Shown piece by piece: positions 52,451-61,686 of a stretch of 64,000 bases of DNA. The stretch lies in NCBI RefSeq assembly GCF_964194025.1, contig NC_134473.1, forward strand, positions 35,960,001 through 36,024,000, given 5' to 3'. The stretch is from Convolutriloba macropyga (lineage: Eukaryota). The notes under the pieces are model-generated. The model ran no database searches. It was not told where the DNA came from and was given only the letters and a program-made list of their open reading frames with translations. Made by a program: the position numbers and the translations under genes. Every line of letters begins with the position of its first letter. The stretch's first letter is position 1.

Positions 52451-54809
52451 AATTTTAGACTTTTCGGCAGGTTTTTAACTGAGGAAATGCATGAAATGAA
52501 TTTGAAGTTGGAAGTTACAAATAACCTGTGGTTTGGGGTTGAGTTTAATTATTTATTCAACATACGATGTTTGACAGGGATTGATTGCAGCTAGTTAATT
52601 TGATAGCGGAAATAGAGGAATCAGAACTTTTCAGAGCGAAGTTCAATGTTTACTAAGCGTACACTGATTGACATGTCAAGTGCATATGTGAGATAAAGCG
52701 AATTGGGTTTATTTACATAAGAGTCCAAAGGTCGTGTACTAAAGATAAGGAGAAGATTGAACAAGGGTTGGTAGCAGTTGAATGACAGAGCATAATTTGA
52801 TATTGGTTGTTTGCATAGCAAACAAAGCCCTCCTACAGATTGTGATAATTTCAATTGTAAGTTGCAATGTTTACTTAAGAGATTAAGGTTCGTCCGCTTA
52901 AGATAAGAGCGTATTGGTTGAATATCAATTGAAGTGACACAGAGAAATTTAGGCAGAGAGAGACGTTGGAGAATTCAGGGAGAATTGAGAAGTTTGAACA
53001 CAGGAGAGATTTTTGCACAAGCGAGAGAAAGCAGTTGGTTTAGTTGGACTAAACCTTAAATGATAGTGCAAAAAGCGGGGAGAAGATTGAGAGTGAGGCT
53101 TAACTCTGGAAGTTTTTAAATGCAAGACCAGTTGGGATACTGTGAGCTGTTTTGATTTAGTTCATTTGGGAAGTGAACCACGGATATTGGTATTATTATT
53201 GTAATTACTATTATAAATTGTCTTGAATTTGTCTTTTTCATTGATGTGCAAGTAATTCTCTTACCTTTGTTATCCATTTAACTAGAATTGATATTACGAG
53301 CGCCATAGTGAATTAAATTATTTCAAGGCAATCTAATTTGCAACAGCATAAAAGAGTGGACGAGGGGAATAGCAGAGTAACAAATTAACGCTTGCTTCAC
53401 CAATTCAAAAACTTTGGTTATTTTATTTAATCGATCTTCTGGGCGACAGAGTCCCCTCACTGTTGAGCCTAGTTAGAAATTCAGAAGACGACATGGAATT
53501 TACCTTATTGCTCGAACCTATTAAATAACATTGTTTCAGGAAGATGTTTATGAAGAACCACTTAATTTATTTTAAAGTCACCACATTTACACTATTTGAA
53601 ACTGACGCCATTACATCAATTCATCCTCCACTCCAGACGGACTTGGGTCTGATACAGGGGGTCTTGTGCATACAAGCTCAAAGTCTAAACAAAAGTCTGG
53701 ACCTCATCCCGGGTTATGTCCACCTCCGACCTCTGCCTCAAAATTACTCCAGTGTTACATTTTTTGCCCAAAAATACATTTTTTGTTCCACCTACCACTG
53801 ATATTTTATCACATTCACCGCAATACCCAATCACGCCATAAACCCCTGGGTATAAATGAAAACCACGCTATCATCTCCAACTTTAAGATCAAAACTATCT
53901 CATTAAACCCCATAAATTCCCCTTACCGTCCTCTTGCAGCAAGATTTTTGCTACTGTGAATAGAAAAAGCCACGATTTGAAATTGTACAAAAATAATCAG
54001 CCAAAAGTCAAGGATGTAAAGAATTATAAACCGTGTGATCACGATAAAAAAAAGTCCATGATCAGATTATCAGAATGATTCAAAATTGTGCGCATTTGTG
54101 GGAACTAGCGATAAATTGTTCGAAATTAAGCAAATGAGCACTAACAAGATCCGACCGTGGAAAAATATGTTTTGAAAATACAGACAATGCGAAATTGCAC
54201 GACAATGATCAGACCATATTTAAAAAGTGCTGAAATTTTTTTATCTAATTATAATTTAGACTTTTCCTATCACAGTTCCAACAAGTGCTGCTGAATATAA
54301 TATCAGCAGAGAATTTGATATAAATACAGAAAAGAACTAATGAAAGGTCAAAAAAGGACCAAATCTGTTTCTTCGAAGATTTTTTTAGTTTTTAAGAAAA
54401 TCTTTAAAACTGAACAAAAAACAAGACTGAATGCATTGTTTTTTGTCATAAAAGTTTTTTGTCATAAGCTGAAATTTTTGTTGTGTTGCTTCTGTTAATT
54501 CGCAGCTCCTGCTGAAAAGATATCTGAACAAAATTGAAGTTTAAAAATGTAGAAAAAGTTGTGGCTCAATAAAGTGGCTTTATGAGTCGATACAGTGGGA
54601 CTGGGAGGCAGAATCAGTCAGACCATGAGGCGAATTATTGCGTTTGATTTGATATACCGAGCTTAGGACTCAATTGAACGGTCGGGTCCTGATTCCAACT
54701 AGTGCACTTATGATTCGAGATAGCGCGATAATCCAGACTCCAGGCGGTGCAGTTAAGTCATATTGCGACCCCTTCACCTCGGGTCCCAAGGCCAAGGAGT
54801 CCAGACCGA

Positions 54810-55135
54810 CTAGACCTCTGATCAGACCAACTTTGAGCGAACACATGCGGTTGGTGTGCTCGAAATACATGGTCTGAAAAAGTTTTCGCGAGCACAATTT
54901 AGTCTCGACAATGGTCTGTAACTTGACTGGTCAGAAGTGAACTAGAGTGCACGCTAGTCTGCTCAAAGGCGGATTCGAGAGCGCATTAGTCTGATCAAGA
55001 CTGAATTTTGAGCGCACGAGAGCCTGATCAGAGGAGGTTTTCGAAAGCACTCCGAGTGCACACGGAGTTTCCAGAGCACGAGAGTCTGATCAGAGGTCAA
55101 ATCTTGTCTGGGACGGTCTGATCGGAGCCAATTTT
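54810..55135. repeat. Cluster of direct and inverted GTCTGATCAGA-type motifs (foldback/MITE-like)
   Basis: gacctctgatcagac (54813-54827) is the exact reverse complement of gtctgatcagaggtc (55084-55098). gagc(g)cac.agtctgatca recurs about every 30 bp from 54945 to 55125. Confidence 0.65.
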
Positions 55136-56124
55136 GGCTTGGACCTCAACGTGGGGATCACATTCGAAGATCGCTGTCAACCCTTGCTTTCGATTCATCC
55201 CATAATTCAATCCCTTGACCCACTCTTGCTACTTCAGTTCCCCGATGACCAACTAGTTCTACACATTTTTGAGGTGAAAAAGTTGACACTGGCACTCAAA
55301 GATTCTTCTGGTTACTTGATCGACAGTTCATGTCATGTGTTACTTAATTCACGCCTGATGACTCCTATCAGATACGAATGATCGGTTTCCGAACACATAC
55401 AAGCGGGTTCTTGTTTCAAAACAAAGAACACGAAACTCCTTTTCTTTTTGATCTCTACAAAGAGCTCAAAGAGCGTTTTTCTCATGTTAAGCTTTGCCAA
55501 AACTTCAACAATATCGATGAAATCAGACGTGAAATTATAGTCAAATGTTCAATACAGACTTACAAAAATCTGCTGCTCATTAAAGTTAATTGGCAAAATT
55601 AAGCTGGCCATCAAGCTATCACTTTGTATAAATACATTGTGATTATATAAAAAGTGGCCAATTTAAAATTAAAAACTTGCACAACCAAAAAATGACTAGT
55701 TTCATTTGAGTACGTTTGTTTATATTAGTAAACGGCTCGGTTAATCTGCAAATAAAAAGAGTTTTAGTTAAGCAATTTTGATAAATAAAAAAGCATTTCC
55801 ATACCCTTATTAAACACGTTTACATGTGTAATATTTTCATTTGTTTTTGACCAGTTTTTGTAATTAACTTGAAGTTTATTGTAAAGAGCGTTGTTTATAT
55901 GCGTCATAAGAGAAGCATAACGCTTTCAGGCGTCAATATACGCGCTGTGTCTTCTCTGCATGTGCTAAAAATTTTGGCCGTCTCTTCTCAAACTAATGCG
56001 ATTTTTTTGACAAAAATTGATTGTAATTGGCTCTATTTACTCGTGTAAATACCTCTTAATAAATCTTCTTTGAAGGCTTGTTTGTAAAATCTACTTACAG
56101 TCATGTCAATATTTATATAATATT

Positions 56125-56414
56125 ATGCAAAAGCAAACACCCAACGAGATTTTGCTTAATTACCCGAAGTTAAAAGGAGGAAAGGGTGAATTTAAGCGCT
56201 CTGTAGTTCCTAGGCGGGAATATATTGCGAGCCGAGAGGGTAAAGTTATCAGAGAGCGAACGGAGTCACATGGGTTCTTGCCGAGAGTGCCAGTTTTTGA
56301 CACTAGTGATACCGGGTCATCCGGGGGCGCTAGAAGTTCACCTCGTGATTCGTCTGGACACGATGACATAGACGATGTTCTCAAATACAGACCCTCGTTT
56401 GTGGCAAGAATGAG
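56125..56414 (+). CDS. Possible first coding exon of a host gene of unknown function
   Basis: ATG-initiated 97-codon ORF, GC-richer than its flanks, with no TE motifs, ending at a plausible donor GAG|GTAGAT. No downstream exon identified. Confidence 0.35.
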
Positions 56415-56457
56415 GTAGATAGAATTTCTTACTTCCCGGGCCGAGGAATTTGGCCAA

Positions 56458-56647
56458 AATTATGTAAGATCAGCGGCAACTAGCGTTGACAAGTCGGAAA
56501 ATTCACCGCAATTCTCTTACATAATTTTGCGTTGAATGCGTTGAATTTTTGTCTTTAAATTCAACGCATTCAACGCAAAAATTATGTAAGAATTGGCGTT
56601 GAATTTTCCAACTTGTCAACACTAGTTGCCGCTGATCTTACATAATT
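56458..56647. repeat. ~190-bp imperfect palindrome
   Basis: aattatgtaagatcagcggcaactag.gttgacaagt.ggaaaattca...gcgttgaatgcgttgaattt / aaattcaacgcattcaacgc...tgaattttcc.acttgtcaac.ctagttgccgctgatcttacataatt, centred near 56553. Confidence 0.9.
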
Positions 56648-56793
56648 AGCGTTGAATTTAGCGTAGATCTTACATATTTAGCGTAGAATTTAGCGTAGAT
56701 CTTACACAATTAGCGTTGAATTTAGCGTAGATCTTACATATTTTTGCGTTGAATTTAGCGTTGATCTTACAAAAAATCAACGCGTAGAACTCT

Positions 56794-56861
56794 GGGTATG
56801 GGACTCGAACCACTGACCTCCTGTTTACTTGTCGCCTCTTCTACCATTGTGCCACCGTACC
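56794..56861 (-). other. tRNA-derived (SINE-head-like) Pol III promoter segment
   Basis: Minus strand ggtacggTGGCACAATGGtagaag...gtcagtGGTTCGAGTCCcataccc: A and B boxes at tRNA spacing, but no clean cloverleaf. Confidence 0.6.
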
Positions 56862-57007
56862 TTGGTTTCCTTAAGAGCCGCAATCCTTATATAGCGTAGA
56901 TCTTACATATTTTGCGTTGAATTTAGTGTAGATCTTACATATTTTGCGTTGAATTTAGCGTAGAACTTGCATATATTTCGTTGAATTTAGCATAGATGTT
57001 AGCTATT

Positions 57008-57620
57008 CCGAAAAAAACTTGATAAATTTTAAAACATAAAATGGTCTGAATTGGATTTTGCACTATAAAAGAGCTCGAAAAAAGAAGTTTTTTTCTGATT
57101 TCATGTTACTCACCTTTGGAGTATGGGGTTCGAAACAGTAAAAAAAATTGATTTTTCGAAAAAAAACTTGAAAAACTTTTCAAATCGTAAATTGGTCTGA
57201 AACGGATTTTGCACCATAAAAGAGCACTAAAAAGTGTGTTTTTTGCTGACTTCACTTTTTTCTACTGTGCTGTATAGGGGGTCGAAACAGTAAAAAATTT
57301 AATTTTTTGAAAAAAAACTTGAAAAATTTGAAATCGTAAAATTATCTGAATTGGATTTTGCACTATAAAAGAGCTTTAAAAATGATTTTTTTCTGACTTC
57401 ATATTTCTCACCTTTACAGTAGGGTTGGAAACAGTGGAGAAAAAATGATTTTTTGAAAAAAAAAACTTAAAAAATTTGAAATCGTAAAATGGTCTGAATT
57501 GGATTTTGCACTATAAAAGTGCACTAGAAAATTGGTTTTTGCTGACCTCGTTTTTCAAACCTGTGAAGTAAAAACTTGGAAAACTTTTGAAATCGTAAAG
57601 GGGTCTGAAATGGAATGGAA
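57008..57620. repeat. ~150-bp tandem repeat x4
   Basis: aaaaaaacttga.aa.ttt.aaatcgtaaaatggtctgaattggattttgcactataaaagagc at ~57010, 57160, 57310 and 57460. Confidence 0.9.
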
Positions 57621-57629
57621 AAGACTCAA

Positions 57630-59668
57630 CCTTAAATTTGTAAGATCTACGCTAAAATTCAACGCTAAATATGTAAGATCTACGCCAAAATTCAACAAAA
57701 AATATGTAAGATTGGCGTTGAATGCGTTGAATTTATGTAAGATCTACGCTAAATTCAACGCTAAATATGTAAGCTCAACGCTAAAATTCAACGCAAAATA
57801 TGTAAGATTGGCGTTGAAAGCGTTGAGTGTATGTAAGATCTACGCTAAATTCAACGCTAAATATGTAAGATCTACGCTAAAATTCAACGCTATATATGTA
57901 AGATCTACGCCAAAATTCAACGCAAAATATGTAAGATTGGCGTTGAATGCGTTGAATTTATGCAAGATCTACGCTAAATTCAACGCTAAATATGTAAGAT
58001 CTACGCTGAAATTCAACGCTAAATATGTAAGATCTGCGCCAAAATTCAACGCAAAATATGTAAGACTGGCGTTGAATGCGTTGAAATTATGTAAGATCTA
58101 CGCTAAATTCAAGGCTAAATTTTTAAGATCTACGCTAAAATTCAACGCTAAATATGTAAGATCTACGCCAAAATTCAACCCAAAATATGTAAGACTGGCG
58201 TTGAATGCGTTGAATTTATGTAAGATCCACGCTGAATTCAACGCTAAATATGTAAGATCTACGCCAAAATTCAACGCAAAATTATGTAAGATTAGCGTTG
58301 AATGCGTTGAATTTATGTAAGATCTACGCTAAATTCGACGCTAAATATGTAAGATCTACGCTAAAATTCAACGCTAAATATGTAAGATCTACGCCAAAAT
58401 TCAACGCAAAATTAAGTAAGATTAGCGTTGAATGCGTTGAATTTATGTAAGATCTACGCTAAAATTCAACAATAAATATGTAAGGTCTACGCCAAAATTC
58501 AACGCAAAATTATGTAAGATTAGCGTTGAATGCGTTGAATTTATGTAAGATCTACGCTAAAATTCAACGCTAAATATGTAAGATCTACGCCAAAATTCAA
58601 CAAAAAATATGTAAGATTGGCGTTGAATGCGTTGAGTGTATGTAAGATCTACGCTAAATTCAACGCTAAATATGTAAGATCTACGCTAAAATTCAACGCT
58701 ATATATGTAAGATCTACGCCAAAATTCAACGCAAAATATGTAAGATTGGCGTTGAATGCGTTGAATTTATGCAAGATCTACGCTAAATTCAACGCTAAAT
58801 ATGTAAGATCTACGCTGAAATTCAACGCTAAATATGTAAGATCTGCGCCAAAATTCAACGCAAAATATGTAAGACTGGCGTTGAATGCGTTGAAATTATG
58901 TAAGATCTACGCTAAATTCAAGGCTAAATTTGTAAGATCTACGCTAAAATTCAACGCTAAATATGTAAGATCTACGCCAAAATTCAACCCAAAATATGTA
59001 AGACTGGCGTTGAATGCGTTGAATTTATGTAAGATCCACGCTGAATTCAACGCTAAATATGTAAGATCTACGCCAAAATTCAACGCAAAATTATGTAAGA
59101 TTAGCGTTGAATGCGTTGAATTTATGTAAGATCTACGCTAAATTCGACGCTAAATATGTAAGATCTACGCTAAAATTCAACGCTAAATATGTAAGATCTA
59201 CGCCAAAATTCAACGCAAAATTATGTAAGATTAGCGTTGAATGCGTTGAATTTATGTAAGATCTACGCTAAAATTCAACACTAAATATGTAAGGTCTACG
59301 CCAAAATTCAACGCAAAATTATGTAAGATTAGCGTTGAATGCGTTGAATTTATGTAAGATCTACGCTAAAATTCAACGCTAAATATGTAAGGTCTACGCC
59401 AAAATTCAACGCAAAATTATGTAAGATTAGCGTTGAATGCGTTGAATTTATGTAAGATCTACGCTAAATTCAACGCTAAATATGTAAGATCTACGCTAAA
59501 ATTCAACGCTAAATATGTAAGATCTACGCCAAAATTCAACGCAAAATTATGTAAGATTAGCGTTGAATGCGTTGAATTTATGTAAGATCTACGCTCAAGC
59601 GTAGATCTTACATAAATTCTACGCATTCAACGCCAATCTTACATAATTTTGCGTTTTTTAGCGTTGAC
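57630..59668. repeat. Hierarchical satellite: 31-33-bp subunits, ~129-bp higher-order unit, ~809-bp block duplication; inverted end at ~59598-59668
   Basis: Subunits tatgtaagatctacgc(t/c)aaa(a)ttcaacgc and tatgtaagattggcgttgaatgcgttgaatt; the diagnostic variant gcgttgagtgta occurs at ~57821 and ~58630. Confidence 0.95.
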
Positions 59669-60489
59669 ACCTCGACCCGGGTTGGTATATTTTTCGTTGA
59701 TGCCCAACCCCCAGTCCTGAGCATATAAATTGGGCAACTTGTCTAGTGAACGAATGGTTTCAATGATATACAGCACGTGCGGTTGAAAGCTGCAGAAAAC
59801 ACCCAACTTAATGGGGGGGGGGCTATTAAATTTTTAAAGACATTTAAATTACCATAAAAGAAAATATAAAATTAAATTTTTGCAAACTCAATTTTTTGAC
59901 AAACATACGAACATTAGTCCATCCTAATATAAGAGAAATCAATTCCAGATTTCATTAAAATGTTTTTTTACTTGATTAAGAGTGAAACCACCTGCTGATG
60001 GGACAGGTAAACATCAACAGTAATTCAATCTAATATGCAAAGGTTTCTCCCAAATTAATGTTTAAAGTTTGAAGGAGAACAACCTAATGTGAAATGTGCA
60101 TAAGATGGATCTTTTACAATTTTGTTTCTGTTTCTGTAGTATTACTATTTTCGCGCTTATCTTTCATAGGATAGGCTTCATGGTACTAATTTTTCTGACA
60201 ACCATAAACAAAAATCCATCCAATCGTCTAGCGATAGCGTCAATTTATTGTCAGTAAACTGAAGGATCTCTAAGGAGGAAAAAGTTCACATTTGTGGGGT
60301 GCAAACATACTGGGTATATAGGACTGGAAGGAAAAACATAAAAGATCCCATAAGATACGCTTGACATAGCTTGACAAGAAGCTCTACTGCTTGTTCAGCG
60401 TGTAATTGGCTAGAGAGATGAAACCTCGAGGAACAAGAAAGAACAAGAGAATGGTTTTATAGAGATGAACAAGATCTAGAGTTTAAGAT

Positions 60490-60600
60490 CAGATAGTGTA
60501 ATGGCCAGCACACTAGACTTGAAAGTAAGAGATGCTGGATCAAGTCCAATACCATTCCATTTTCACAGTTCTGTAGCCTGCTTAGACCACCCAACAAATA
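60490..60600 (+). other. Degenerate tRNA-derived SINE-like fragment
   Basis: A-box-like TAGTGTAATGG (60494-60504) and B-box-like GGATCAAGTCC (60537-60547). Confidence 0.35.
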
Positions 60601-60679
60601 AACTGCTTTTATCCGAAGAAGCGGGGAAAACACCAGCTGATGCATGCAAGTGATAAGGAGAAGTATCTAGGATCTAGGA

Positions 60680-61468
60680 TGTTGGAGCTGAGCTTAAGGA
60701 ATAACAAGCTTGCGTAGTTGGGGAAAATAGAAACAAAACACTTTCTGTTGTCTTAGTCATTTAATAGTTATAGTTAAAGTTCTAGTTCTAGTTACAGTTT
60801 GTCACGTGAGAAAAAAGAGAAAAAGGGGGAAATAACAAAAGCAACACACAGAACACAACGTAGCAGCCGCAGAAAACGGCTTAAAGTATAACTCAGCAAA
60901 AATATTGCAACAACAAATTGTCTTGAGCAGTAAATAACGTGTTACTGTGTCTTGAACTAGAAATATTCCTGAGCAGTAATTTGTTACTGTGTCTTGTATT
61001 CAAAATATTATTCTTGAGCAGTAAATTCTGTTACTGTGTCTTGCATCAACGAATTATTGGAGCTGAAATTCAACTGTTACAACCCCAACTTCTGGTATTC
61101 TCAACTTGTGAGTACAAACAGCAAAAGCCAACTTAGGTTTAAAATTAAATATTTTTGCACAAACAGGTCTTAGACATAAATTTTTGTCTTCGATTTGTTT
61201 TTTCTATCGGATTTAACTGGTATACATAAAGAGATCCCGTATTGTGTGATCTGTAGCAATCCAGTTCAAATTGATAGTTGAAAAAACTAAGATCAGCAAA
61301 TAGTTACGAACTAAAATAATTAATGCAACGGTAAGTACAGCAGAGCGGATATACAGTTACAAAAGCAAACTGCATAAACGAAGTATCCGGACAGATTTTG
61401 TAACCACTCAGAACGAACTGGGCGGTGTAAAACTTTCTTTGTGAAACACAAGGAGAGCAGCCGTTACA
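60680..61468 (+). repeat. Putative 5' LTR of BEL element 2
   Basis: Ends in ...gttaca two nucleotides before a TGG PBS. The TGTT start at 60680 is inferred because the second LTR lies outside the window. Confidence 0.6.
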
Positions 61469-61470
61469 TT

Positions 61471-61487
61471 TGGTCCGCTGACCCGGA
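61471..61487 (+). promoter_or_regulatory. Primer-binding site (tRNA-Tyr-like)
   Basis: TGGTCCGCTGACCCGGA implies a tRNA 3' end UCCGGG-UCAGCGG-A-CCA (G72, A73, as in eukaryotic tRNA-Tyr). Confidence 0.7.
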
Positions 61488-61686
61488 CAGTGGAATAAAC
61501 TGCTGTCCAACCCAACAGTCGAAGTGACGAAGTCATCGACGAACGAGAACAAAACTCAACGAGCAAATCAACAACGCAAAGCCAATTAGGCAAAGTGCAT
61601 TAGAAGTTAAATAGCAAGGCTTAATTAAAGCAAATAAACAAAAGGTACTGTAGAGATTCAAGCTGCAGTCCCAAAGTACAAACGCA

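Larger units (their letters stand above)
56435..59681. mobile_element. Non-autonomous TIR DNA transposon, CMC/EnSpm-like (CCC...GGG termini, 2-bp TT duplication), filled with repeats
   Basis: TIRs cccgggccgagg (56435-56446) and cctcgacccggg (59670-59681), 11/12 match; TT on both flanks; arrays of tcaacgc/gcgttga and atgtaagat motifs in both orientations; no transposase. Confidence 0.75.

Noticed and set aside
52440-53300. Possible solo LTR (purine-rich, LTR-like composition)
   Set aside because: No TG...CA ends with a TSD could be identified.
56794-56861. Functional tRNA gene
   Set aside because: A and B boxes are present but the acceptor and anticodon stems do not pair properly; treated as tRNA-derived.
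57532-59129. 262-aa and 170-aa repetitive ORFs (KFNAKYVRST...)
   Set aside because: Translations of a 129-bp satellite; no ATG start, and frames break wherever unit length changes.
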